32,000 nt of DNA from Wolbachia endosymbiont of Cimex lectularius (GCF_000829315.1 NZ_AP013028.1:780001-812000); one strand, 5' to 3'; shown: positions 8,790 through 18,135, counted from the first letter of the stretch. Program-made: numbers and translations. Notes: a model not told the origin generated them from the sequence alone.

Positions 8790-9080
8790 CTGAAATACGA
8801 TATTGTCTACTCAAAAAACTTTACTGAAATAGATTTTCCAAATCTTCCAAAAACAATAAGAGCAAGGATTACAAAGGCGATAAATGAGCGACTTATAACT
8901 GACCCGATTAAATTCGGTAAACCGTTACGTGGCAGGCTAAAAGGGTATAGAAGGATAAGGGTCAATGATTATCGAATCATTTATACTGTAAATATCGTAA
9001 AATATAAAGTGTTTGTTGCTACAGCAGGACATAGAGACACTATTTATGAGAAGGCTAAAAGTACACTTAATAAACTTTAA
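8790..9080 (+). CDS. RelE/ParE-family toxin, CTG at the expected start position (absent from the ORF track)
   Basis: An open 96-codon frame translates to LKYDIVYSKNFTEIDFPNLPKTIRARITKAINERLITDPIKFGKPLRGRLKGYRRIRVNDYRIIYTVNIVKYKVFVATAGHRDTIY, the RelE/StbE signature. It begins 1 nt after the antitoxin TAA and has no in-frame ATG, GTG or TTG near the 5' end. Confidence 0.7.
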   Translation: MKYDIVYSKNFTEIDFPNLPKTIRARITKAINERLITDPIKFGKPLRGRLKGYRRIRVNDYRIIYTVNIVKYKVFVATAGHRDTIYEKAKSTLNKL

Positions 9081-9301
9081 AAGTATTTTTATACAGTCAT
9101 TCTTTCTTTATTGAAAAATTCAGAAAAATATTGCATACTAGCTATAGTAGCAGGCTTCGGATAGCAAATTCAAATACTAATATAGCTTCATAATCATATA
9201 GAAAAATATGCTGGAGAAAATTAAGCAAAATACCTTAGGTCACTTCAAATATTTGCCTGAAGCTGCAGGTTCTAAGATGCCAATGCCATCAAAAAAGACT
9301 G

Positions 9302-9784
9302 TCAAGTACTTTTATTTAGTTTAACTGCATCTTTTGCCTTGTCCAATAGTCCATTAATGAAACCAACTTCGCTTGGTTTATCAAGCAGATCAGATGCAAT
9401 GTTGGTATATTCATTGATAACAACTGGAGCTGGCGTATCACAATTAGCCAACTCACACATTGCAACACGCAAAATTGATAAGCTCAAAAGATTTAGCCGC
9501 GAAAGAGACCAACTTGGATGTAAATAACGCTCTATTATTTTATCGTATTCTTCACTGCTTTCTATAACCTTGCATGACAGCTTCTCTAAGAACTGGTAAT
9601 CAAATTCCTCACATTCAAATATATCTGCTAACTTGTTTACATAGTCCCTAAGCTCACAATTTTCCAGCTCAAAAATGCTTTTGTCGTAACCTATAAAGAT
9701 ATTTGAGTAAGCAACTTGCACAACAAGAAACCTTGCTGTGCTTCTTCTTATACGCCATCCCTTGTCTGTAGGTTCCTCCTCCAT
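9302..9784 (-). CDS. nusB: transcription antitermination factor NusB
   Basis: 160 aa with [14 protein letters not shown] and [11 protein letters not shown] blocks. Classic ribH-nusB linkage with an ATGA start/stop overlap at 9784. Confidence 0.9.
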   Translation of the reverse strand: MEEEPTDKGWRIRRSTARFLVVQVAYSNIFIGYDKSIFELENCELRDYVNKLADIFECEEFDYQFLEKLSCKVIESSEEYDKIIERYLHPSWSLSRLNLLSLSILRVAMCELANCDTPAPVVINEYTNIASDLLDKPSEVGFINGLLDKAKDAVKLNKST

Positions 9785-10212
9785 CAGCTTAATTTTTTGT
9801 ATAAATCTATCATGTGCAAAACGGCTGAAGCTGCGTGGCCACCGATGTTCTTTCTGTTCTTATCAGCTCTTACTAAAGCCTTATCTTTGCTGTCAGCAGT
9901 AATTACGCCCATACCAAGAGGTACTGCATAACGCATAACAACTTCATTTAAGCCTTTGATTACTCCTTTACACACGTATTGATAATGATCAGTCTCACCA
10001 CGAATTACGCACCCAAGAGCTAAATAACCATCATAATTAACAGTTCCACTTTTGACCGCAAAAAGAATTGTAGCTGGTATTTCAAATGCACCAGGAACCT
10101 CAATTACATCGTAATCTGCGCCGCTACCTTTTAATTTATCGGTTGCACCTTCAAGCAAAAGGTTTGCTATTTCAGTATAGTAAATTGAATTAACTATTAG
10201 TATTTTCGACAT
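9784..10212 (-). CDS. ribH: 6,7-dimethyl-8-ribityllumazine synthase
   Basis: 142 aa, with [10 protein letters not shown] and [14 protein letters not shown] motifs. Confidence 0.9.
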   Translation of the reverse strand: MSKILIVNSIYYTEIANLLLEGATDKLKGSGADYDVIEVPGAFEIPATILFAVKSGTVNYDGYLALGCVIRGETDHYQYVCKGVIKGLNEVVMRYAVPLGMGVITADSKDKALVRADKNRKNIGGHAASAVLHMIDLYKKLS

Positions 10213-11908
10213 TTATCCCTCCTTTTCTTGTTAAAAATAACTTTATTAATGATTGTTGAATTAGAGTCATGACATTACTGAATATCCAATATATTACCAA
10301 ACCTGAAGGAAAAGAAGAAAAAATGAAGATAGAAATGTAAGGTAAAAATCTCATAACGTTCATCTGAACATCATCTCTATTGATCTGATCTTTTTCACTG
10401 ATCTTCTGTTGAATTATCATGGTGACACCTAAAATTATAGGCAAAATACCTATAGAAATAGGGAAATTGTAACTAAATAATCCAAATAATGTAAAAATGT
10501 TTGTTGGATCAGGAGCTGAAAGGTCCTTAATCCATAAATAGAAAGGAGCGTGTCTCATCTCTATAGTAACAAATAATACTTTATACAAAGCAAAAAACAC
10601 CGGCACTTGTACCACCATAGGAAGAATGCTCGACATTGGGTTTACGTTGTTTTTTTTGTACAATGCGATTATCTCCTTATGCTGTCTTAAACTATCATCT
10701 TTATATAACTCTCTTATACGAACCACTTCAGGCTGCAAATTTTTCATTTTGAACATTGAAACGTACGACCTATTAGATAAAGGCAGCATCAAAAGTTTAA
10801 TTACTAAAGTTAGCAACAATATTGCTAAACCAAAATTTTTCAAAACGAAGTTAAAGTATTCAAGAAGTAAAAACACTGGTTTGGTTATGAAATAAAGAAC
10901 GCCAAAATCTACAGCTTTGTCAAATAAAGGTATACCTAGAGTACTTTTATAAGAATCCAGTAAATTCAACTTTTTTGCTCCAGCAAAAAAATAATTCACA
11001 TTAGAAACACTCGTACCAGGAAGTATGCTCTTGTAAGGCTTAACAAAATCTACTTGAAATTTATCAATGTTATTAACGTTCGTATGTTTAATGCTTACAT
11101 TTATTTTATCAGATTTTTCAGGTATGATAGCTGTAAGCCAATATTTATCAGCGAAACCAAACCAATTCTTTTCACTTGTGCTTGCTTTTATTAAGTGTTT
11201 CTTGGCAACATCTTTATATGTCCATTCCTCCAGTTTGTTATCAAATGCACCTATTACTCCTTCATGTGATATCCAATAAGATTCGTTAATATCACCGCGC
11301 TTACGGTTAATTTTACCATAAGGAACCAAAATTACATTATCCTTCGTATTATTTTCAATAATTTGCTCAACTTTAAACATGTAGTTATTGTCGAGGCTAA
11401 TTTTCATCTTAAATAAAATGCCATTTTCATTATCCCAAAATAAATTGATCGCCTTTTGATTAGTAAGTTCGGTTTTATCTGCCTGCCAGACCATTTTGGA
11501 ATCTGGAACTTTAATTTTATCACTTGGATCCAGCCATCCGAATTCTGCAAAATATACATCTTCTGATTCTGCAGGTGAAAGTAGCATCACTTGCGGAGAA
11601 GAATAATTTGGTTCTAAATGGTAATTAGTTAAAATTAGGTCATCAAACCTGGCACCTTTTAAAGAAATTGACCCTTTAACCATACTATTGGTTAAGCTAA
11701 TCCTTTGTTCTTGAGTAGAATTAATAATTTCGGAACGGTTTTGGTGTATTATAGGAGCAAGATCGTTAAAAGATTCTATGTGTTCAATATTTTCAATTGA
11801 TGGATGATCCTGGTCTGTATTAAGAAAATTATCGTAAATAACACGCCAAGATACCATAATTAACACTGAAAGGACAACTGCCAAAATTAGATTTCTTGCT
11901 TCTGACAT
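10190..11908 (-). CDS. yidC: membrane protein insertase YidC
   Basis: 572 aa: N-terminal TM segment, large periplasmic domain, and a C-terminal 60-kDa insertase core ([41 protein letters not shown]). Confidence 0.9.
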   Translation of the reverse strand: MSEARNLILAVVLSVLIMVSWRVIYDNFLNTDQDHPSIENIEHIESFNDLAPIIHQNRSEIINSTQEQRISLTNSMVKGSISLKGARFDDLILTNYHLEPNYSSPQVMLLSPAESEDVYFAEFGWLDPSDKIKVPDSKMVWQADKTELTNQKAINLFWDNENGILFKMKISLDNNYMFKVEQIIENNTKDNVILVPYGKINRKRGDINESYWISHEGVIGAFDNKLEEWTYKDVAKKHLIKASTSEKNWFGFADKYWLTAIIPEKSDKINVSIKHTNVNNIDKFQVDFVKPYKSILPGTSVSNVNYFFAGAKKLNLLDSYKSTLGIPLFDKAVDFGVLYFITKPVFLLLEYFNFVLKNFGLAILLLTLVIKLLMLPLSNRSYVSMFKMKNLQPEVVRIRELYKDDSLRQHKEIIALYKKNNVNPMSSILPMVVQVPVFFALYKVLFVTIEMRHAPFYLWIKDLSAPDPTNIFTLFGLFSYNFPISIGILPIILGVTMIIQQKISEKDQINRDDVQMNVMRFLPYISIFIFSSFPSGLVIYWIFSNVMTLIQQSLIKLFLTRKGGINVENTNS

Positions 11909-12043
11909 AAAATTTAAGCTAAATGCATTTCCTTAAAGTGTATATTAAATATTGTACTAAAACAATAAAATTTACTTATTTTTAATAATAACTTTTAACG
12001 CTAATCTTTAAAATTTATTTTAATAGCTTCAAATTTTAACAAT

Positions 12044-12556
12044 ATGAACGCGGTAAAAAATCTAGTTATTTGGCTACTGATAATAGTTATCACCGCAATG
12101 TTTATCGATTCACAAGGAGACAAACTAAGCAACAGATTTCTCAGCACTTTTTTACCATATAAGGGGAGGATCCAAAATGGTGGAAGTATCGAATTTACGA
12201 AATCATATGATGGACACTTTTATATTCAAGCTCAAGTTAATGGTCGTAACATAACGTTCTTGCTCGACACCGGTGCAACCGATATTGTTCTGTCGCAAAA
12301 AGATGCAGTAAATGCTGGTATTAATCTGCAGAATATTCAAGATTTTAAAATATATGAAACGGCAAAAGGTCAAATAAGAGCTGGAGTGGTTCAAATACCT
12401 CAAGTTAAAATAGGAAATTTTTTGATCAATGATGTACAGGCCAGCGTTAACACTCATTCTATGTCCCATTCATTACTTGGAATGAGTTTCTTGAGATATT
12501 TTCATTTCACTATAAGAGATAATAAGTTGATATTATACCGCGAATCTGCTTATTAA
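12044..12556 (+). CDS. retropepsin-like clan AA aspartic protease (TIGR02281-type, Rickettsia APRc-like)
   Basis: N-terminal TM segment followed by [26 protein letters not shown], containing the DTG active-site motif, and LLGMSFL near the C-terminus. Confidence 0.8.
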   Translation: MNAVKNLVIWLLIIVITAMFIDSQGDKLSNRFLSTFLPYKGRIQNGGSIEFTKSYDGHFYIQAQVNGRNITFLLDTGATDIVLSQKDAVNAGINLQNIQDFKIYETAKGQIRAGVVQIPQVKIGNFLINDVQASVNTHSMSHSLLGMSFLRYFHFTIRDNKLILYRESAY

Positions 12557-13414
12557 AGCTCTGCAGGTCAATATAGGAGCAGAGATAAATATTGCAGAAC
12601 AAGTGCCAATTGCAATACCAAAAAAGATAATCAAGCTGAAGTCTCTGACTGCACCTGTACAAATTAATGTCAAAGGAAGAGCAGCGAGCAGGGTCGTACC
12701 CGAGGTTAAGACAGTGCGAAACAATGTAGCGTTAATACTTGCATCTACCATTTCACTTATATGTCTGTCTTTACCACTTTTTTGATATTCTCGAATTCGA
12801 TCATATATAACTACTGAATTATTGATTGAATAACCAATTACAGTGAGGAGAGCTGCAACTGATGAAATATTAAACTCAATGCCAGTCAGGCTAATAAAAC
12901 CGACGGTTAAAATCACGTCATGAACTAGTGCTATTATTCCACCAAACCCGCATTGCCAATTAAACCTGAGCCAAACGTAGAAAAATATTCCAACAATAGC
13001 AATCAACATGGATAATATTCCTTCAAATATCTGTGTTGAGCCTATTTGTGGACCAACATAGTCTATCTTACGATAGCTTATCGAACCACCCAGTTTTTCT
13101 TCTAGTATGCTTTTTATCTTTTTAATTTTATCCTCATCTCCTTCCTCTTTAAAACGCATGACTAAATTGTCACCTGCTTTTGAACTCTGCACCGTAAAGC
13201 CATTTTCTTTCAATACATCAAGAATAGTACGATCTTCGCTCGAAGATTTTATTTCCATCAAGATTCCACCTGTAAAGTCTATGCCTAAATTCACTCCTCG
13301 TAGCACAACAGTGAGTATCGAAAAAATGACCAGAATAATACTAATGAGTGCAGTCAACTTTCTATATTTACTAAATTTGATATCGAGGTTGTCTGGAATA
13401 AGTCTAACTGCCAT
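12533..13414 (-). CDS. secF: protein translocase subunit SecF
   Basis: 293 aa, with the pattern [23 protein letters not shown] and six TM segments. Confidence 0.9.
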   Translation of the reverse strand: MAVRLIPDNLDIKFSKYRKLTALISIILVIFSILTVVLRGVNLGIDFTGGILMEIKSSSEDRTILDVLKENGFTVQSSKAGDNLVMRFKEEGDEDKIKKIKSILEEKLGGSISYRKIDYVGPQIGSTQIFEGILSMLIAIVGIFFYVWLRFNWQCGFGGIIALVHDVILTVGFISLTGIEFNISSVAALLTVIGYSINNSVVIYDRIREYQKSGKDRHISEMVDASINATLFRTVLTSGTTLLAALPLTLICTGAVRDFSLIIFFGIAIGTCSAIFISAPILTCRALISRFAV

Positions 13415-13436
13415 GTTCTTTGCTTAAACTTAAATT

Positions 13437-13688
13437 TTATATACTTTTCAAAAGATTCACTAGTTTATTCTGTAATTGGATCATTGAGTTACGCAATGTC
13501 ACCAGTGATAAGCCAGTTACTTGGGAAATAACATTGATAGAAATACCTAACTGTGCAAGTCCCAGATTGTGCTGAATGTCTATACTGCCTAAATTTTGAA
13601 GTGAAAATTTTAATAAACAGCAAATAAACAAGTTTATCAAAAGAGAGTTAAATGTTAGGGTTTGCAGCATTCTGGAAATTCTAGACAA
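13437..13688 (-). CDS. hypothetical small protein (doubtful)
   Basis: An 83-codon ORF with a TTG start, no RBS and no recognisable motif. Confidence 0.2.
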   Translation of the reverse strand: MSRISRMLQTLTFNSLLINLFICCLLKFSLQNLGSIDIQHNLGLAQLGISINVISQVTGLSLVTLRNSMIQLQNKLVNLLKSI

Positions 13689-14001
13689 TTTAAAATCAAC
13701 TTGGGATGGAGGAAGTTAGTGGCGGTTTAGACGTCACATACTCCTTCATCACAATGATAAAGAAGCTTACCTTTATCTCTGACGTATTTTAAAGGAATTT
13801 TGGGGTTATTGATGTCTTTACCACCAATATCATGCCATTTCTTTTCCCATGCAACATAATATGGCTCAAGGTCTTGCGGCGTTAATTTATATATTTCTTT
13901 CAGCTCTATTCCTTCATAAATAGCAAATATCCAATCCACTTTTCGGTATTTTGCAATTATTGTAGGATTCATATGATGATGAGTAGAAAAGTCTTTTGTA
14001 A

Positions 14002-14861
14002 GAACCTGTTTAAAATCTTGGAAATGTGAGGTAAAGTAAGCATAGATTAATAATGAGGTGTCTATGCAGAAAAGTTATCCAAGTAATATAAGTCAAGAGC
14101 AGTTTGAAAAAATCAGGCCAATTTTGGAGAGTAGCAAGCAGAAAACAAAACCAAGAAAACTTGATTTGTATGACGTATTTTGTGGGGTGTTGTACGTCTT
14201 AAAAAGTGGTTGTCAGTGGAGGATGTTACCAAAGGGTTTTCCAAGATGGGAAAGCGTATATTACTATTTTCGAGTGTGGAGTAAAAAGAATGGAGAAGAG
14301 CCAAGCTTGTTGGAATTAGTCTTAAAAAAAATTAGTTGGAGAGGTCCGTATCAGCAATGGTCGGAAAGAGAAAACTAGCTTTTGTATAATTGATTCTCAA
14401 AGCGTTAAAAACGCAGATACTGCTGAAAAAAAAAGGCTATGATGCAGGTAAAAAGATTTCAGGGATAAAGCGCCATATTGCAGTTGATACACAAGGTTTG
14501 CCACATGCAATTTATGTAACAACGGCAGAAGCAACTGACCGTAGCAGTGCTGTGAAAATGGTCGAAAATGCTAAAGCAAACCTCTCTGAAGTTAAAAACA
14601 TACTGGTTGATGCTGGCTACACAGGAGAAAATTTTGCAACACAAATAAAAGCTATCATTGGTGCGACTGTTGAAGTAATAAGCGAAGTGAGTTACACACT
14701 TTCGTCGTATTGCCAAAAAGATGGGTTGTTGAACGCTCTTTTGCCTGGTTAGAAAAGTGCAGGCGATTGTGGAAAAATTGCGAGCGGAAGCTCAACACTA
14801 GCTTACAGATGATAGTCCTCTCCTTCATTTCTCTCCTGTTACGAAGATTTTAAACAGGTTC
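14002..14861 (+). mobile_element. IS5-family insertion sequence, copy 1 (860 bp, carries a 1-bp deletion), TSD TAA
   Basis: Termini GAACCTGTTTAAAATCTT...AAGATTTTAAACAGGTTC, flanked by TAA (13999-14001 and 14862-14864). An A is missing near 14680 relative to the other copies. Confidence 0.9.
14058..14853 (+). pseudogene. IS5-family DDE transposase, degraded copy (extra frameshift in the orfB part)
   Basis: orfA spans 14058..14378. The orfB part diverges after ..GATVEVI ([10 protein letters not shown] versus [11 protein letters not shown] in the other copies). Confidence 0.85.
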
Positions 14862-15336
14862 TAAGAAGAGCATTTATTGATTTAAGCTCATATTCATTAC
14901 CATACTCATCAATAGCATCATTTCCTTCGCGTCCTGGAAGAATAGTGAGTCCAGTTAGTAGTAAGACTTGTAGGATTTTTCCACCGTTGTCCTGAAATAT
15001 ATCATTTATACCATGCTTAACAGCAAACTCTTGATGTTTCCGTATATGGGGAAATAGTTCTTCCAGAAGTTTTCTATCTTGATAAGTTCCCTCCGGGTTT
15101 AGAAGTGCAGTAGGTACGACACCGAGCGCATCTGCTATGCGCTCAATATTATCTATAGAGATATTTCGCTCACCACGTTCAACGGAGCCTATATATGTCC
15201 TGTGTAATTTGCATAAATCAGCAAGAGTTTCTTGGGAAAGTCCTTTTATATTTCTTAGCCTTCGTATATTCTGAGAAAGAAGTAACCGTAGAGGTTGCCT
15301 TTTTATTTTCATCATCTCTACAAGGTAATAGTTGAC

Positions 15337-15362
15337 AATTATAAGTCTACAGACTATAAGTA
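15337..15362 (-). promoter_or_regulatory. C-box-like operator (two units separated by TGTA), overlapping divergent promoters
   Basis: The minus strand reads TACTTATAGTC-TGTA-GACTTATAATT, 22-47 nt upstream of ATG 15315. It contains a minus-strand TATAAT (reverse complement of 15338-15343). A plus-strand TTGACA (15332-15337)-N17-TATAAG (15355-15360) runs across it. Confidence 0.55.
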
Positions 15363-15370
15363 TCTTTTGT

Positions 15371-16402
15371 ATGGTAACCGCATTGGAAAAATTTAAATTT
15401 AATAATAAACCCACATATACTACAGATATGGGAGCTGCGTACTGTGGAAACTCTCTTAACTTATTGCCTCAATTACCAGATAATAGCTTGGATCTCGTAA
15501 TAACCAGTCCACCGTTTGCTTTGCAAAGAAAAAAAGAATACGGAAATGAGTCCCAAGCGGAATATGTTGCATGGCTTAGTCAATTTGCAAAGTTAGTACA
15601 TAGCAAACTCAAAGATACTGGCAGTTTTGTACTTGATCTGAGTGGGGCTTATGAAAAAGGCGTGCCATCTAGAAGTTTATATAATTTTAGAGTGCTTGTG
15701 CATTTCTGTGACGATATAGGCTTCTTTCTTGCAGAAGATTTCTATTGGTATAATCCTTCTAAATTGCCAAGTCCAATTGAATGGGTAAATAAGAAAAAAA
15801 TCAGAGCAAAAGATTCTGTTAACACAGTATGGTGGTTCAGCAAAACTAAGTGGCCTAAAGCAGATGTCACAAAGGTGCTAGCGGAATACAGTGACCGCAT
15901 GAAAAAACTTATCGAGAACCCAAAGGCTTATTATACTCCAAAGGAACGGCCATCAGGGCACAATATTGGTAGTAGCTTTGGCAAAGATAATGGAGGAGCT
16001 ATTCCATCGAATCTTTTGCAGATTCCCAACTCAGAATCTAATAGCCAGTATCTTGCTGCATGTAAGAAACTAGGTATAAAACAGCATCCAGCTAGATTCC
16101 CTGCTAAATTACCTCAATTTTTTATCCGGTTTCTAACACAACCAGGAGATGTTGTTTTAGATATTTTTGCTGGTTCTAACACAACAGGTTTTGTGTGTGA
16201 GCAAGAAGACCGTTGCTGGCTAGCATTTGAAGAAAATAGAGAATACCTTGCTGCATCTGCTTTCAGGTTCTTAAAAAAAGAATGCTCAAAGGAAGAGTTA
16301 GAAACTATTTATCAACGCATTGTTCATGGTGAAGAGCAAGTATTAAAGGCTAAGCAGCCTATATTGGATCTTAAATTCACTCAGCAGTCATTAGTAGTTT
16401 AG
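15371..16402 (+). CDS. M.PvuII-like N4-cytosine DNA methyltransferase (beta class)
   Basis: [18 protein letters not shown] (SPPF catalytic motif) lies N-terminal to [13 protein letters not shown] (AdoMet motif). Long collinear blocks include [44 protein letters not shown] and AASAFRF. Confidence 0.9.
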   Translation: MVTALEKFKFNNKPTYTTDMGAAYCGNSLNLLPQLPDNSLDLVITSPPFALQRKKEYGNESQAEYVAWLSQFAKLVHSKLKDTGSFVLDLSGAYEKGVPSRSLYNFRVLVHFCDDIGFFLAEDFYWYNPSKLPSPIEWVNKKKIRAKDSVNTVWWFSKTKWPKADVTKVLAEYSDRMKKLIENPKAYYTPKERPSGHNIGSSFGKDNGGAIPSNLLQIPNSESNSQYLAACKKLGIKQHPARFPAKLPQFFIRFLTQPGDVVLDIFAGSNTTGFVCEQEDRCWLAFEENREYLAASAFRFLKKECSKEELETIYQRIVHGEEQVLKAKQPILDLKFTQQSLVV

Positions 16403-16519
16403 AAGCAAACTTGTGCTCTTCGTTCATGGTTTTCCCGTTTTTAGCAATAACTTTTTATATAAGCATTTTTGTTGCTTGTTATCTAAGTGGAGAAAGTCAC
16501 CTCTCCCCACTCAACTTCA

Positions 16520-16553
16520 AAACCGGACTTGTGACTTTCACCACATCCGGCTT
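16520..16553 (-). ncRNA. group II intron catalytic domain V
   Basis: The minus strand reads AAGCCGGAUGUGGU-GAAA-GUCAC-AA-GUCCGGUUU. It has a 9-bp lower helix with the AGC triad and a G.U pair, a 2-nt bulge on the 3' strand, a 5-bp upper helix and a GNRA tetraloop, 34 nt in total. Confidence 0.85.
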
Positions 16554-16785
16554 CTCTCTAATTTGGTGTTTGTCATACATACTTCTCCATGTAATCAACA
16601 TTTCAAAGCTTGGTAAATTTATTTTTGTAGCTTAAATACGGCGTTTTCTATACTACTAGAGAGGTCGTATTCATTCATACCTAACACTTAATGTTGGCTC
16701 ATAACATATTAACCACTACTTACAACTTTACCCTCCAAATTACAGTGTCCACGTCAGCATATCCTAAACATTACTTTAGGCCTTA

Positions 16786-17646
16786 GAACCTGTTTAAAAT
16801 CTTCGTAACAGGAGAGAAATGAAGGAGAGGACTATCATCTGTAAGCTAGTGTTGAGCTTCCGCTCGCAATTTTTCCACAATCGCCTGCACTTTTCTAACC
16901 AGGCAAAAGAGCGTTCAACAACCCATCTTTTTGGCAATACGACGAAAGTGTGTAACTCACTTCGCTTTATTACTTCAACAGTCGCACCAATGATAGCTTT
17001 TATTTGTGTTGCAAAATTTTCTCCTGTGTAGCCAGCATCAACCAGTATGTTTTTAACTTCAGAGAGGTTTGCTTTAGCATTTTCGACCATTTTCACAGCA
17101 CTGCTACGGTCAGTTGCTTCTGCCGTTGTTACATAAATTGCATGTGGCAAACCTTGTGTATCAACTGCAATATGGCGCTTTATCCCTGAAATCTTTTTAC
17201 CTGCATCATAGCCTTTTTTTTTCAGCAGTATCTGCGTTTTTAACGCTTTGAGAATCAATTATACAAAAGCTAGTTTTCTCTTTCCGACCATTGCTGATAC
17301 GGACCTCTCCAACTAATTTTTTTTAAGACTAATTCCAACAAGCTTGGCTCTTCTCCATTCTTTTTACTCCACACTCGAAAATAGTAATATACGCTTTCCC
17401 ATCTTGGAAAACCCTTTGGTAACATCCTCCACTGACAACCACTTTTTAAGACGTACAACACCCCACAAAATACGTCATACAAATCAAGTTTTCTTGGTTT
17501 TGTTTTCTGCTTGCTACTCTCCAAAATTGGCCTGATTTTTTCAAACTGCTCTTGACTTATATTACTTGGATAACTTTTCTGCATAGACACCTCATTATTA
17601 ATCTATGCTTACTTTACCTCACATTTCCAAGATTTTAAACAGGTTC
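16786..17646 (-). mobile_element. IS5-family insertion sequence, copy 2 (861 bp), TSD TTA
   Basis: Same termini as the other copies, flanked by TTA (16783-16785 and 17647-17649). Confidence 0.9.
16794..17590 (-). CDS. IS5-family DDE transposase (orfA 17590..17270, orfB 17258..16794; full length needs two frame changes)
   Basis: orfA has an HTH-like N-terminus ending ..CQWRMLPKGFPRWESVYYYF. The DDE core IIDSQSVK is in the third frame. LVDAGY and VVERSFAWL are in orfB. Confidence 0.85.
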
Positions 17647-18135
17647 TTAGCTTTTTAGACAATCCCTCCAACATAAATGCTTGCGGCTGGCTACCTACTT
17701 ATTCCATAGGAATAAGAGCATATATGAGGTTACTCCGTTCCATGGTTTCGTTTCGCGTTAGACTTAGGTTTTTACTATTTGCCGGAAGCTGAGAACATCT
17801 ATAATCAAGAATAAATAATCTTGATTCCTCTTTTGCTTCATACCATTTTGGTCTATGCGTATCAACCTTGTTTCCATATTGGTACTAACGACAATTCAAA
17901 CATAAATTTCTCTCGTAACCATATCTAGCTCTGCTTGCAGGAATTTACGATAAGGTTTAGTATTACCTGCTTTTGTCTCATGCTTGCACCCCAGAGGTTG
18001 CCATTCTCTGAAATGTGAAACATACATTATCTCCGATGTCTAGAGAAGATGGAATTTAACCATCACAAAACCACGACTATTCGGATCACACATATATCTT
18101 TACCTCAACACTCTCCACATTAGCGTTAGTCACTG

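Larger units (their letters stand above)
13727..15315 (-). pseudogene. controller(HTH)::R.PvuII-like restriction endonuclease fusion gene, split by IS copy 1
   Basis: The N-terminal part (15315..14862) has an XRE HTH followed by [48 protein letters not shown]. The C-terminal part (14001..13727) reads [39 protein letters not shown]. Removing 14002..14861 plus one TAA restores a 726-nt frame. Confidence 0.85.
16481..18091 (-). mobile_element. ORF-less group II intron (~747 nt without the IS), split by IS copy 2; boundaries approximate
   Basis: Canonical domain V at 16520..16553. The candidate 5' end is GUGUG (reverse complement of 18087-18091). A domain VI-like hairpin ends in ..UUAGAU at 16481. 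No RT/maturase ORF is present, and a short AAGCT/AGCTT hairpin sits where domain IV is expected. Confidence 0.65.

Noticed and set aside
13437-13688. An 83-aa minus-strand ORF between secF and the R-M cassette
   Set aside because: It is kept only as a very low-confidence feature. It has a TTG start, no RBS and no motif, and could be non-coding DNA at the edge of the island.
16403-16440. The hairpin GAAGCA..TGCTCTTC followed by T-rich sequence, as a terminator of the methyltransferase gene
   Set aside because: The stem is short and bulged, so its stability is doubtful. The region is also the 3' exon side of the intron on the other strand.
16411-16635. Two overlapping plus-strand ORFs (74 and 67 aa) downstream of the methyltransferase gene
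   Set aside because: They lie antisense to domains V and VI of the group II intron. They have no RBS, a Cys/Phe-rich nonsense-like composition, and overlap each other in different frames.
16819-17189. Antisense ORFs inside every IS copy (the 60-70-aa [10 protein letters not shown].., MCCKIFSC.. and MALLHSFY.. series)
   Set aside because: They mirror the transposase frames on the opposite strand, have low-complexity composition, and recur only because the IS recurs.
14002-17646. IS copies 1 and 2 (inverted) as the arms of a composite transposon carrying the methyltransferase gene
   Set aside because: Each copy has its own matching 3-bp duplication (TAA/TAA and TTA/TTA) and each splits a different element. 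They are independent insertions, not a unit that moved together.
17690-17720. ACCTC-ATATAT in the intron as EBS2/EBS1 pairing with GAGGT..ATATAT in the proposed 5' exon (18092-18110)
   Set aside because: The complementarity exists, but ATATAT is self-complementary and common in this genome. Adjacent EBS sites are also atypical. This is too weak to use as evidence for the 5' splice site.
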